A stretch of DNA of 64,000 nucleotides from Pseudonocardiales bacterium (GCA_003244055.1 QHBZ01000217.1:8750-72749), one strand, 5' to 3'; numbered from the stretch's first letter, positions 10,148 to 20,677 are shown. Numbers and translations are program-made. The notes: generated by a model from the letters alone, not told the origin.

Positions 10148-10789
10148 GAGCGTCGTTGAGTCAACGGGATTAGCCCCCGCGCAGTCGGCGCCGGTGCGCC
10201 ACTCGAGCCTTCGGGTCGTCGCGCCCAGGATGGAAGTGGACCTGCCGGCGGCGCAGCGAGCGGTGGCCGATCTGCTGATCGCCCTGGGTAAGGACCCGGC
10301 GTCGGAACACCTGGCCGATACGCCGCGACGGGTCGCCCACGCCTTCGCTGAGCTGCTCACCCCGCGGGAGTTCGACCTGACGACCTTCCCGAACGACGAG
10401 GGCTACGACGAGCTGGTGCTGGCCAAGAGCATCTCCGTGCAATCGTTGTGCGAGCACCACCTGCTGCCCTTTCATGGCATCGCCCACGTCGGTTACCTGC
10501 CCGGCGAGCGCATCCTGGGGCTGTCGAAGCTGGCCCGGGTCGTCGAACTGTTCGCTCGGGACCTGCAGGTTCGCCGAGCGGCTGACCCCAGCAGGTCGCC
10601 GACGCGCTGCAGAAGCATCTGTGCCTCAAGGGCGTCGGCGTGGTGATCGAAGCCGAACACCTGTGTATGTCGTTGCGAGGAGTTCGAGCCACCGGCTCGC
10701 GCACCGTGACCTCGGCACTGCACGGAGTACTGCGGACCGACGCGCGCTCCCGGCAGGAGTTCTTCGCGCTAGCCGGAGTGGGGCACTGA
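10146..10789 (+). pseudogene. folE: GTP cyclohydrolase I (FolE) copy with two frameshifts
   Basis: [19 protein letters not shown]...[13 protein letters not shown] continues as ERLT and then [11 protein letters not shown]...[15 protein letters not shown]...[11 protein letters not shown] only after +1 shifts near 10571-10574 and 10586-10589. Confidence 0.8.
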
Positions 10790-10812
10790 CCACGGCCACC
10801 CAGGAGCTAACC

Positions 10813-11487
10813 ATGACGCAACAGCAGACGTACGTGATCGTCGGCGCCAGCCTCGCGGGCGCGAAGGCGGCACAGACCCTGCGCGAGGAGGGATTCACCG
10901 GCCGGTTGGTGCTCATCGGCGACGAAGCCGAACGACCCTACGAACGGCCCCCGTTGTCGAAGGGCTACCTGATGGGCAAGGACGACAAGGCGAAGCTCTA
11001 CGTCCATGACGAGGGGCTGGTATCGGGAGAATTCCGTGGAACTCCGGCTGGGTGGCCGGGTGACCAGCCTGGACCGCAGTGGGCGTCAGGTGGAGCTTGC
11101 GGGCGGCGAACGCCTCGGGTACAGCAAGCTGTTGCTGGCGACCGGCGCGTCCCCGCGCCGGTTGGATCTACCGGGTGCCGACCTGGACGGAGTCTGTTAC
11201 CTGCGCCGGATTGATGACTCGGAGCGGCTGCGCCAGGCCATCCGGGGCGGCGGCCGGGTGGTCGTCGTGGGTGCCGGTTGGATCGGGCTGGAGACCGCGG
11301 CCGCAGCCCGCGAATACGGCTGCGAGGTCACCATTGTCGAGCCGCGATCCACCCCGCTGCAGGCGGCGCTCGGTCCCGGAGCGGGTGCTTCGGTGATCGG
11401 TGGATTCTTCGCCCAGGTGCACCGCCAGCACGGCGTCGATGTTCGACTCGGCACGGCGGTGACCGAGTTCCATGGCACCGGGCACAT
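10813..11487 (+). pseudogene. FAD-dependent ferredoxin/rubredoxin reductase-like oxidoreductase, frameshifted and 3'-truncated
   Basis: AGGAG RBS, then TYVIVGASLAGAKAA (FAD GxGxxG). A shift in the G4 run 11013-11016 is needed to continue into WYRENSVELRLG...VVVVGAGWIGLE. Homology stops at ...TEFHGTG (~11487), so the C-terminal third is missing. Confidence 0.75.
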
Positions 11488-11496
11488 CGCGAGATC

Positions 11497-12045
11497 GTGG
11501 AGAAGACCAAGCACGACCTGTTCCGGATCGAGACCTTGCCCAGCTATGACACGGCCATGACCACGGGCGACTTCCGCCGCTGGCTCGACGATGAGGCTGA
11601 GCCCAACTGGAAGACGCGCCAGCCGTGGCTGGACAAACTCGCGCAATGGGCCAGCGAGGACCGGCCACGCCGACGGGTTCGCGTTATCCACGACCCACCC
11701 ACCGACTACGAGCGGTACGCCTGCGATTGGGGTTACCGCAACAACGTCGCCGCCGGTGAGCTGGTCCGGATTCTGGACTTGGCAGAGCAGTCCCCGCCTA
11801 GCGAGCTGCAATTCGCGCCCGGCGACTGGTCACTGATCGATGGCAGCGAAGTTGTGAAAATGCACTACGACCCCGAAGGGCAGTTCCGCGGCGCGCAACT
11901 GTTGGATGCCGAGTACATCGAACGGCATCGCAGCGCCGCTGACGTTCTGTCGCACAACGCCGTGCCGTTCACCGAGTGGTGGGACTGCCACCCCGAACAC
12001 CACCGCTCGGCAGACGAGCAATCTAGAGGAGGGATAGGTGGTTGA
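11497..12045 (+). CDS. DUF6879 family protein
   Basis: FRIETLPSYD...RRVRVIHDPPTDYERYACDWGYRNNVAAGELVRIL is typical of this family. It has a 4-nt overlap with the downstream XRE gene. GTG start assumed. Confidence 0.7.
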   Translation: MEKTKHDLFRIETLPSYDTAMTTGDFRRWLDDEAEPNWKTRQPWLDKLAQWASEDRPRRRVRVIHDPPTDYERYACDWGYRNNVAAGELVRILDLAEQSPPSELQFAPGDWSLIDGSEVVKMHYDPEGQFRGAQLLDAEYIERHRSAADVLSHNAVPFTEWWDCHPEHHRSADEQSRGGIGG

Positions 12046-12875
12046 GCAGCCCCGCGCCGCGAGCTGATCGGTTGTCGTTGACCCTGCGGCAACTCAGGCG
12101 GAGGGCGGATCTGTCCGGGGTTGAGGCGGCACGCCGTGCCGGGATGTCCCAGGCAACGGTCAGCAGGTTCGAAACGGGGAAGCGGGTACCTACCGAGGCG
12201 GACATCCACACCCTGTGCGTGGTGTATGGCGCGTCAGCCGATGCCCGCTGCGAGTTGCTCACCATCGCCGAGGATCTACGGGCGGGGTCCACGTCAGCCC
12301 GGGTGGTGCTGCACCACCACGGTGCCCCTTCGATGCAGGCCCGGATAGGACGGATCGAGTCCATCTCTGCTCGGATCCGCAGCTTTCACCCCGCCATCGT
12401 CATCGGCCTGCTACAAACCCACGACTACGCCCGTGCCTTGCTGTCCGGCCGGTACGCCGGCAGGGAGCTCGATGCGATGGTCGCTGCGCGCCTTACCCGG
12501 CAACAGATCCTCGACAGCGACCGGAAGTTCCACTTCGTGCTGACCGAGGGGGTGCTGCGCTGGCACGTCGGGTCACCGCAGATCATGATCGGACAGGCTG
12601 AGCACCTCGCCACTCTCGTAGAGCTGCCCAACGTTGCGCTGGGGATTGTTCCGTGGACGCGTCCGACGAACCGCCCGATCCTGCACGCCTTCCAGATCTA
12701 CGACGAGCGGGCGGTGATGCTCAGTACCGAGACGTCCGTGGCATTGATCACTGACGCACGTGACGTCGCGGACTTCGCTACCCGCTTCGAGATCTACGCC
12801 GGGTTCGCCGACTACGGTGACGCGGCGCGCGCCGTGTTCAAGCGGATCGCAAGTGAATACCGCGGCATGGTCTAA
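12042..12875 (+). CDS. XRE-family HTH regulator with DUF5753 domain (Scr1-type antitoxin-like regulator)
   Basis: AGGAGG RBS at 12027-12032 and a TTG start. HTH is LSGVEAARRAGMSQATVSRFETGKRVP, followed by FHPAIVIGLLQTHDYARALL. Confidence 0.85.
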   Translation: MSSPAPRADRLSLTLRQLRRRADLSGVEAARRAGMSQATVSRFETGKRVPTEADIHTLCVVYGASADARCELLTIAEDLRAGSTSARVVLHHHGAPSMQARIGRIESISARIRSFHPAIVIGLLQTHDYARALLSGRYAGRELDAMVAARLTRQQILDSDRKFHFVLTEGVLRWHVGSPQIMIGQAEHLATLVELPNVALGIVPWTRPTNRPILHAFQIYDERAVMLSTETSVALITDARDVADFATRFEIYAGFADYGDAARAVFKRIASEYRGMV

Positions 12876-12957
12876 CGGCGGATGCCCACCGGTTCCCACT
12901 GTCCGATCCCCGCCACCGCCTGTCCGACCCCACAGTGCCGCTGCGAGACTCGGGCGA

Positions 12958-14874
12958 GTGGACCAGCATCAGGCGGTAAGGCGAAGAGGCGGCACGACTG
13001 CTCGACGGCGGTTGACGGTGGCGCTCGTGGTGACGATCGCGTTGCTCCTCGCATCCGGTTGTTCGAGCACCGAAAGTGCCCAACGGCAGGCCGGGCAAGC
13101 GTTCCTGGATGCCTGGGCGAGAGGTGACATCGTTGCCGCGGCCCGGGCCACCGACGACCCGGGCGCCGCGCAGCGCGTGCTGCAAGCCACCGGACAGGCA
13201 CTGGACCCGACCGCCGCGCGACTGACCCCCGGCGCGGTCACCACCATCAAGGATGAGACGACGATGGCATTCTCGGCGTCCTGGACGCTGGCCGGGGTGC
13301 CCGCTCCATGGCGATACCAGGGAAAGCTCGGACTTGCCAAGGGCAGCGACGGCAAGTGGCGGGTGCACTGGCAGCCCCAGGACGTGCATCCCCAGCTCGG
13401 CACCGCCGACATGTTGGTGGTGAACCGGACGTTGCCCCAGCGGGCGTCGATCCTTGACGGCGCGGGTCAACCGCTGGTCACCGAACGAGACACGGTCACC
13501 GTCGGGGTGGAGCCCAAGTTGGTGACCAACCTTGACGACCTCGCCGCCAGGCTCGCCTCGGCCCTGCACGTCAACGCGACCGAGGTCATCAACGCCGTCG
13601 GGCAGGCCAAGCCGACCGACTTCGTGCCGGTGGTCACCCTGCGCCAGGCCGACTACCGCGCCGTCCAGGCCAAGATCCACAACCTGCCCGGCACCGTGTT
13701 CCGGACCGGAACCCAGCTCGTCGGGCCGAGCCGGCATTTCGCCCAACCGCTGCTCGGGCAGGTCGGCAAGCCCACCGCCGAGGCGTTGCATCAGGCAGGC
13801 CCCAATTACCTACCCACCGACCAGATCGGTCTGTCCGGGCTGCAGCAGGTGTTCAACAGCCAGCTCGCCGGCGCCCCCAGCGCCACCATCGAGATCCACG
13901 ACGCCCCGGACGCCACGGTGGCCCAGGTCGGGCAGTTCACCGGGCATCCCGGCTCCCCGCTGCAGACCACCCTCGACACCCGGGTGCAACAGGCCGCTGA
14001 AGCCGCGCTGTCCGGGGTGGGGCTGCATGCCGCGATCGTGGCCGTCCGCCCCTCCACTGGGGAGATTCTCGCCGTCGCCAACAGCGACAGCGCTGCTTTC
14101 GACATCGCACTGGCTGGCCAATACCCACCCGGCTCGACCTTCAAGATCGTCACTGCCACCGCCGTGCTGAGCAGCGGGGTGGCGCAGCCCGATACCCCGG
14201 TGCCCTGCCCGGGCACGGTCACCATCGATGGCCGCACCATTCCGAATGAGAACGCGTTCAACCTGGGCACGGTCAGCCTGACCGACGCCTTCGCGCACTC
14301 CTGCAACACCAGCTTCGCGCTGCTCTCCCAGAAGCTGCCCGCCGGCGCACTGGACCAGGCCGCCGCCGAGTACGGCTTCAAAGCCGGTTGGCAGCTGCCG
14401 GTCAACTCCTTCAGCGGCTCCTACACCCCCGCCAAGGACGGGGCGGGACAGGCAGCGAACGCCTTCGGTCAGGGCACCGACCTCGTCAGCCCGCTGTCCG
14501 AGGCCCTGATGGCGGCCACCGTGGTCCACGGCTCCACCCCGGCTCCAATGCTCGTCGCAGGTCAGCCCGCCACGGCGAAGCAGCCACCGCCGAGCCCCCC
14601 AGCGGCGCTGCTGGCACCGCTGTCCAGCTTCATGCGCGCTGTGGTCACCCGCGGGACCGCGACGAACCTGGCGCGCGTGCCCGGCGCACCGGTGTCCGGC
14701 AAGACCGGCACCGCCGAGCACGGCACTACCTCACCGCCCCAGGCCGACTCCTGGTTCACCGGCTACCAGGGCGATCTGGCCTTCGCCGTGCTCGTCGAGA
14801 ACGGGCAGACCAGCGGGGTGCTCGCCAACCCCCTCGCGCAGAAGTTCCTCACCGCGCTGCACACCACGTCCTGA
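12958..14874 (+). CDS. penicillin-binding lipoprotein (NTF2/MecA_N-like domain + transpeptidase; Rv2864c-like)
   Basis: Lipobox LLLASGC after a basic N-terminus. Transpeptidase motifs STFK, SCN and KTGT are present. Confidence 0.85.
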   Translation: MDQHQAVRRRGGTTARRRLTVALVVTIALLLASGCSSTESAQRQAGQAFLDAWARGDIVAAARATDDPGAAQRVLQATGQALDPTAARLTPGAVTTIKDETTMAFSASWTLAGVPAPWRYQGKLGLAKGSDGKWRVHWQPQDVHPQLGTADMLVVNRTLPQRASILDGAGQPLVTERDTVTVGVEPKLVTNLDDLAARLASALHVNATEVINAVGQAKPTDFVPVVTLRQADYRAVQAKIHNLPGTVFRTGTQLVGPSRHFAQPLLGQVGKPTAEALHQAGPNYLPTDQIGLSGLQQVFNSQLAGAPSATIEIHDAPDATVAQVGQFTGHPGSPLQTTLDTRVQQAAEAALSGVGLHAAIVAVRPSTGEILAVANSDSAAFDIALAGQYPPGSTFKIVTATAVLSSGVAQPDTPVPCPGTVTIDGRTIPNENAFNLGTVSLTDAFAHSCNTSFALLSQKLPAGALDQAAAEYGFKAGWQLPVNSFSGSYTPAKDGAGQAANAFGQGTDLVSPLSEALMAATVVHGSTPAPMLVAGQPATAKQPPPSPPAALLAPLSSFMRAVVTRGTATNLARVPGAPVSGKTGTAEHGTTSPPQADSWFTGYQGDLAFAVLVENGQTSGVLANPLAQKFLTALHTTS

Positions 14875-14880
14875 CCCGCC

Positions 14881-16293
14881 GTGTGGCTCAAGGCACTCGT
14901 CCGCGAACGGCGCCGGCCGGCGCGGCTTCGTGAGTGGCCGCATGCGTGGTGGCTGGCCGTGGCAACGGTGTGCTTTGGCGCGTTCATGGGTCAGCTCGAC
15001 GCAAGCATCGTCACCCTGACCTACCGCCCCCTGCGGGCGGAGTTCGGCGCCTCCTTGGCCGGGGTGCAGTGGGTGTCGCTGTCCTACCTGCTGGCCCTGG
15101 TCGCGCTGCTGATCCCGGTCGGGCGGCTGGCTGACGCCCGGGGTCGAAAGCTGCTCTACCTGTACGGGTTCGTCGTGTTCACCGCCGCCTCAGCGGCCTG
15201 CGGGCTGGCCCCCTCGCTGGGCACGTTGATCACCTTCCGGGTCGCGCAGGGCATCGGCGCGGCCCTGCTGCAGGCCAACAGCGTCGCCCTGGTCGCCACC
15301 AGCGCCCCCGCCGGCCGGCTACGCACCGCGCTCGGGGTCCAGGCCGCCGCGCAGGCCATCGGGCTGGCCCTGGGTCCCACCCTCGGTGGGCTGCTGGTGT
15401 CGACGCTGGGTTGGCGGTGGGTGTTCGGCATCAACGTCCCGGTCGGGGTAGTGGCCGTGGCCGCCGGTGTCTACCTGTTGCCGCGTACCCGGACCCGCAC
15501 CGCCAACGCCGGGTCGGACCGGTCCGGGCTGGTGCTGCTGGTCGTCGCGACCACCGCCGGGTTACTCGGGGTATCCGCCGCGTCCGGGCTGTCGCTGCCC
15601 GGCTGGGCCCCGATCGCGCTGCTGGCGTTGGGCGCCGCCTGCGTCGCTGGATTCGTGCTGCGGGAGCGTCTGGCGACCGCGCCGCTGCTCGACCTGGACC
15701 TGCTGCGGGACCGCGCGGTGAGCGCCGGGCTGCTCGGCGCGCTGAGCGGCTACCTGGTCCTGTTCGGCCCGCTCGTCCTCATCCCGGTCACCCTCACCGC
15801 GGCCGGCTCTTCAGAACTGCACGCCGGTCTCATCCTGACCGCGCTGCCCGCCGGGTTCGCGCTGGCCGCCACCACCAGCGGACGGTTCCTGCCCCGACAC
15901 TGGACTGACCGGGCGCGCTGCACGCTGGGTGCGGTGCTCGGCGTCATCGTGCTGTTCGGGCTGGTGGCCGCGCCGTTGACCGGTGCAGTTCTGGCCCCGC
16001 TACTGGGGGCCCTGGGGGTCGCGCTGGGGATCTTCTCTCCGGCGAATAACACCCTGGTCATGCAGGCTGTCCCGGCGCGCTTCGTCAGCACCGGCGGGGG
16101 GTTGCTGAACATGACCCGCGGCCTGGGCACCGCCCTGGGCGTCGCCCTGGTCACTCTCGCGCTGCACCTGCGCCCGCCGGGCACGCAGCTACTGGACGGC
16201 CCTCGCGCCGCCTTGCTCGTCCTCACCGCCGCCGCGGTGGTCGTGCTGGTCTCCGCCCGGCTCATCCCCAGAACACCATCCCCGGCTGACTGA
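14881..16293 (+). CDS. MFS transporter (DHA2/EmrB-like)
   Basis: 470 aa, multi-TM, with an RLADARGRK-type loop motif. It starts 6 nt after the PBP stop. Confidence 0.85.
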   Translation: MWLKALVRERRRPARLREWPHAWWLAVATVCFGAFMGQLDASIVTLTYRPLRAEFGASLAGVQWVSLSYLLALVALLIPVGRLADARGRKLLYLYGFVVFTAASAACGLAPSLGTLITFRVAQGIGAALLQANSVALVATSAPAGRLRTALGVQAAAQAIGLALGPTLGGLLVSTLGWRWVFGINVPVGVVAVAAGVYLLPRTRTRTANAGSDRSGLVLLVVATTAGLLGVSAASGLSLPGWAPIALLALGAACVAGFVLRERLATAPLLDLDLLRDRAVSAGLLGALSGYLVLFGPLVLIPVTLTAAGSSELHAGLILTALPAGFALAATTSGRFLPRHWTDRARCTLGAVLGVIVLFGLVAAPLTGAVLAPLLGALGVALGIFSPANNTLVMQAVPARFVSTGGGLLNMTRGLGTALGVALVTLALHLRPPGTQLLDGPRAALLVLTAAAVVVLVSARLIPRTPSPAD

Positions 16294-16298
16294 CCGCC

Positions 16299-17963
16299 TC
16301 AGTCGGCCGCCGCCATGCGCCGGCGGACTACCTCACCGGGCAGCCGGCAGCTGTACGCCAGGGCCATCACGATGGCCGTGAGCGCGGCGCAGAGGACGAC
16401 TCCGACGCCGAAGGCCGTCACCCCGAGATTGCCCGCCCCCTTGGACACCGCTGGGTAGGGGCCGAGGTAGCTGATGACGGCCAGACCGGCGAACCAGACC
16501 AGCAGCCACCAACCGTGCCGCAGATCCAGTGCCGGCGTGGTGCGTTTCGCGAATGTCTGCTGTGCCCCGAGCAGGGCGAAGCCGATCAGGATGGCCGCGA
16601 ACATCTTCCAGTTGGTGTCCCACCCGGTCCAGTAGACGATCAGATTCGACGACCACAGCGCCAGGAAGGCGATCACCCAGGCGCCTTTGAGACGGAACGA
16701 GCGAGGGGTGTCGGGCAGCTGCTTGCGCATGGCGATCAGCACCAGCGGTCCCATGCCGAAGGACAGCACCGTGGTGTTGGTGACGAACTCGACGAGCTGC
16801 TGCCAGCCGGGAAACGGCAGGAAGAACAGACAACCGATCACGAACGCCAGCAGCAGACTCAGCCACGGCACCCCGTTGTTGTTCACCTTGGCCAACACCG
16901 CGGGAGCGTTGCGGTTGCGGCCCATCCCGTAGGACAGCCGCGCGCTGACCCCGGTATAGATCAGGCCGGTGTCGCCGGGGGAGATGATCGCGTCGACGTA
17001 GAGCAGGACGGCGAGCCAGCCGATACCCAGCACGGTGGCGGTCGCGGCCAGCGGACCGAAGCTGCCCGACGCGGTCGCGCTCGTGCCGGGAATGATGTGG
17101 TTACCGAGCGAGGCCCACCCACCCGCGGCGATCGACTGCGACGGGACCGCGCCGATGAAGACGAACTGCAACGCGATGTAGATGATCCCGCACAGCACCA
17201 CCGAGCCCACCACCGTCAGCGGGATGTTGCGGCCCGGGTTGCTCGTCTCCCCGGCGAGCTCGATGCCCTGGCGGAACCCGAAGAACGCGAACGCGATCGA
17301 CGCGGTGGGAATCGCCTCGAAGACCCCCTGCAGGCCGAAGGGCGCGAACCCGCCGAAGCCGGTGAAGTGGGCGCTGTTGAACGAGACCACGAAGAAGACG
17401 ATCACCACCAGGGCGATGACCGCCAGCTTCCACCAGACGAGCACGTTGTTGATCCGGGCGAACCACCGGACACCCAAGAAATTGATCACGGTGAAGACCG
17501 CCATCAGGACGACCGCCACACCCAGCCCCGCATTGGTCAACACCGGCGTGCCGTTGGCCTGCACCTGCAACCAGGGCAGGTAGTTGGTGGCGTACTGGGT
17601 CACCGCCTGCACCTCGACCGGCGCCACCGATACCGTGGCCAACCAGGTGATCCAGCCCATCGTGAAGCTGGTGAACGAGCCGAAGGCATAGTGCGGGTAG
17701 CGGGCCAGGCCGCCGGAACGCGGGAACATCACCCCGACCTCGGCGTAGGTCAGCCCGATCAGCACGAACATCACGGTGCCGATCACCCACGAGAAGATCG
17801 CGGCCGGCCCGGCGATCTGCGACGCCTTCAGCGCACCGAACAGCCAGCCGGACCCGATGATCGAGCCGACCGCGGTGAACAGCAACCCGATCGTGCCGAA
17901 GTCCTTCTTCAGCAGCGTGTCATCACCCGCGGTGCTCGAGAGTCCCACGGTGTCGACCGACAT
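16299..17963 (-). CDS. APC superfamily amino acid permease
   Basis: GSIIGSGWLFG motif and 12-TM-like hydrophobicity. Start chosen at MSVDTVG. Confidence 0.85.
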   Translation of the reverse strand: MSVDTVGLSSTAGDDTLLKKDFGTIGLLFTAVGSIIGSGWLFGALKASQIAGPAAIFSWVIGTVMFVLIGLTYAEVGVMFPRSGGLARYPHYAFGSFTSFTMGWITWLATVSVAPVEVQAVTQYATNYLPWLQVQANGTPVLTNAGLGVAVVLMAVFTVINFLGVRWFARINNVLVWWKLAVIALVVIVFFVVSFNSAHFTGFGGFAPFGLQGVFEAIPTASIAFAFFGFRQGIELAGETSNPGRNIPLTVVGSVVLCGIIYIALQFVFIGAVPSQSIAAGGWASLGNHIIPGTSATASGSFGPLAATATVLGIGWLAVLLYVDAIISPGDTGLIYTGVSARLSYGMGRNRNAPAVLAKVNNNGVPWLSLLLAFVIGCLFFLPFPGWQQLVEFVTNTTVLSFGMGPLVLIAMRKQLPDTPRSFRLKGAWVIAFLALWSSNLIVYWTGWDTNWKMFAAILIGFALLGAQQTFAKRTTPALDLRHGWWLLVWFAGLAVISYLGPYPAVSKGAGNLGVTAFGVGVVLCAALTAIVMALAYSCRLPGEVVRRRMAAAD

Positions 17964-18083
17964 GACGGTCCCCTCACTGGTCGGGTCAGCGTGCTCGTGG
18001 CGTCGCCGAGGAATGCTAGACCTCGGCTCGGCGCATCGTGACATGATCCGTCAGGGACCGACAGAGCGCAGCAGGAGGACAGG

Positions 18084-19754
18084 ATGACTACGCCAGACCT
18101 CAAACCCCGCAGCCGCGACGTCACCGACGGGCTGGAGCGCGCCGCAGCCCGCGGCATGTTGCGCGCCGTGGGCATGCGCGATGACGACTTCGCCAAGCCG
18201 CAGATTGGCGTCGCCTCCTCCTGGAACGAGATCACCCCGTGCAACCTGTCGCTGGACCGGTTGGCCAAGGCCAGCAAGGACGGCGTGCACGCCGCCGGCG
18301 GTTTCCCGATGGAGTTCGGCACGATCACCGTCTCCGACGGCATCGCCATGGGGCACGTCGGGATGCACTACTCGCTGGTCTCCCGCGAGATCATCGCCGA
18401 CTCGGTGGAGTGCGTGATGGAAGCCGAGCGACTGGACGGGACCGTGCTGCTGGCCGGTTGCGACAAGAGCCTGCCCGGGATGTTGATGGCCGCCGCCCGG
18501 CTCGACGTGGCGGCGGTGTTCCTCTACGGGGGAACCATCCTGCCCGGCAAAGTCGGGGACCGGGAGGTCAACATCGTCGACGCCTTCGAAGCGGTCGGAG
18601 CGTGCGCCCGCGGGCTGATCAGCCGGGCAGACGTCGATGCCATCGAGCGCGCGATCTGCCCCGGCGAGGGAGCCTGCGCGGGCATGTTCACCGCGAACAC
18701 GATGGCGTGTGCGGCCGAGGCGCTGGGCATGTCGCTACCCGGTTCGGCCAGCCCACCCGCGGTCGATCGGCGTCGCGACGGGTTCGCCCGGGCTAGCGGC
18801 AGCGCGGTGGTGGACCTCATCAAGAACGGGATCACCGCGCGGCAGATCCTCACCCGGGAGGCGTTCGAGAACGCGATCGCGGTGGTGATGGCCTTCGGCG
18901 GTTCCACCAACGCGGTGCTGCACCTGCTCGCCATCGCCCGTGAGGCCGAGGTGGCGCTGGAGCTCGACGACTTCAACCGGGTGGGGGACAGGGTGCCGCA
19001 CCTGGCCGACGTCAAGCCCTTCGGCGCCCACGTGATGGCCTCAGTCGACCACGTCGGCGGCGTGCCGGTGGTGATGAAGGCGCTGCTGGACGCGGGGTTG
19101 CTGCACGGCGACTGCCTCACCGTCACCGGGCGGACCGTCGCCGAGAACCTCGCCGAACTGGCCCCGCCCGACCCGGACGGGAAGGTGCTGCACAGCCTCG
19201 CCGATCCGATCCATGCCACCGGCGGGATCACCATCCTGCGCGGTTCGCTGGCCCCAGACGGTGCAGTGGTGAAGACCGCCGGCCTGGACTCAACCCGATT
19301 CGAGGGCACCGCGCGGGTGTTCGACGGCGAGCAGGCCGCGATGGACGCCATCCCCGATCTGCAGCCGGGCGACGTGGTGGTGATCCGGTACGAGGGTCCC
19401 CGCGGTGGGCCGGGGATGCGCGAGATGCTCGCGGTCACCGGCGCGATCAAGGGTGGCGGGCTGGGCAAGGACGTCCTGCTGCTCACCGACGGGCGCTTCT
19501 CCGGGGGCACCACCGGCCTGTGCATCGCGCACGTGGCTCCGGAAGCGGCGGACGGCGGACCGATCGCGCTAGTCCGCAACGGTGACCCCATCGTGCTGGA
19601 CATGGACCGCCGCGAACTGAACCTGCAGGTCGACGCCGACGAGCTGGCACGGCGCCGCCGGGACTGGAAGGCCCCCCAGCGCCCGCTACGTGGCGTGCTG
19701 GCCAAATACGCCCGCCTCGTCGGCTCCGCCGCAGAAGGCGCCATCTGTGGATAA
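18084..19754 (+). CDS. ilvD: dihydroxy-acid dehydratase
   Basis: Full-length IlvD/Edd pattern: [31 protein letters not shown]. Confidence 0.95.
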   Translation: MTTPDLKPRSRDVTDGLERAAARGMLRAVGMRDDDFAKPQIGVASSWNEITPCNLSLDRLAKASKDGVHAAGGFPMEFGTITVSDGIAMGHVGMHYSLVSREIIADSVECVMEAERLDGTVLLAGCDKSLPGMLMAAARLDVAAVFLYGGTILPGKVGDREVNIVDAFEAVGACARGLISRADVDAIERAICPGEGACAGMFTANTMACAAEALGMSLPGSASPPAVDRRRDGFARASGSAVVDLIKNGITARQILTREAFENAIAVVMAFGGSTNAVLHLLAIAREAEVALELDDFNRVGDRVPHLADVKPFGAHVMASVDHVGGVPVVMKALLDAGLLHGDCLTVTGRTVAENLAELAPPDPDGKVLHSLADPIHATGGITILRGSLAPDGAVVKTAGLDSTRFEGTARVFDGEQAAMDAIPDLQPGDVVVIRYEGPRGGPGMREMLAVTGAIKGGGLGKDVLLLTDGRFSGGTTGLCIAHVAPEAADGGPIALVRNGDPIVLDMDRRELNLQVDADELARRRRDWKAPQRPLRGVLAKYARLVGSAAEGAICG

Positions 19755-19767
19755 CCCGTGAGTGGCG
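19745..19767. repeat. 23-nt module CTGTGGATAACCCGTGAGTGGCG, copy A (contains the ilvD stop codon)
   Basis: Identical to 26067-26089. A further shared 11-mer CTCGCATCGCC is at 19793-19803 and 26103-26113. Confidence 0.9.
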
Positions 19768-20400
19768 GTGCCAGTCGCCGGCGAGCCGGAATCTCGCATC
19801 GCCGCGCCAGGGTGGGTACCTCCGGATGGAGGTACCCACCCTGGCGCGGCACGTTCTACCCGCCTGGGTTGCCGCACCGCGAGGAGCTGGAGTACCTGTC
19901 CCGGCTGGTGAACACCGTCGAGATCAACGGTTCGTTCTACTCGCTGCAGCGACCGTCCCCCCTCCCAATCCTGGGCGGCCCAAACACCTGACGATTTCGT
20001 TTTCGCGGTAAAGGGCGGCCGGTTCATCACGCATATGAAAAGGTTGCGCGACGTCCTTACGCCGTTAGCGAATTTCTTCGCCTCCGGAGTGCTCGCGCTG
20101 GGAGCCAAGCTCGGCCCGCTGCTGTGGCAACTGCCGCCCGCCCTGGCGTTCGACGCCGACCGGCTGGCTATGTTTCTCGCCCTGCTGCCACGCAGCACCG
20201 TCGAGGCCGCCACGCTCGCGCAACAGCACGACGAGCGGCTTGAGGGCCGCGCCTGGACCAGCGCCGACGTCGACCGGCCGCTGCGCCACGCGCTGGAGGT
20301 GCGCCACCCCAGCTACCGCGACCCAACGCTGATCGAACTGCTGCGCGCGCACGGCGTCGCCCTGGTGATAGCCGGCACCGCCGGCACCCGGCCCTACCGC
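19758..20400 (+). pseudogene. DUF72 (UPF0759) family gene, frameshifted and 3'-truncated
   Basis: VGTSGWRYPPWRGTFYPPGL...VEINGSFYSLQRPS continues as SQSWAAQTPDDFVFAVKGGRFITH... only after a shift in the C6 run 19957-19962. Family similarity ends near VALVIAGTAG (~20400). Confidence 0.75.
19801..19850. repeat. perfect 50-nt palindrome (23-bp arms, 4-nt loop GGAT)
   Basis: GCCGCGCCAGGGTGGGTACCTCC ggat GGAGGTACCCACCCTGGCGCGGC. It overlaps the conserved GTSGWxYxxW start of the DUF72 remnant. Confidence 0.95.
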
Positions 20401-20677
20401 GAGGCCAAGGAGGAGATCGGCGTACTGGTCAAGACCGACAACCTGCGGTTAATGCACCTGATGCACCACCACACCAACTCCGGCCGCGTCGCGCTGTTCT
20501 TCGAGGCGCATGACTGGTTGGGCGAGATAGTCAACAGGGAGCGGGACAAGTGCACGGGATGGGTCGTTTACTGATCCCGCCGACCCGGCCGCCAACATCG
20601 TGGCCTACATCGCCGAAGCGTTGCGCCGCATCGTTTTTGGCGAGGTCTACAGCGAGGGCGGCTGGTCCTCGCCATGA
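20401..20677 (+). pseudogene. NUDIX hydrolase C-terminal fragment fused in frame to the DUF72 remnant, itself frameshifted
   Basis: REAKEEIGVLV...RVALFFEAHDWLGEIVNRERDKCTGW is a Nudix-box tail. The native end DPADPAANIVAYIAEALRRIVFGEVYSEGGWSSP* is in another frame (shift near 20572). Confidence 0.65.
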
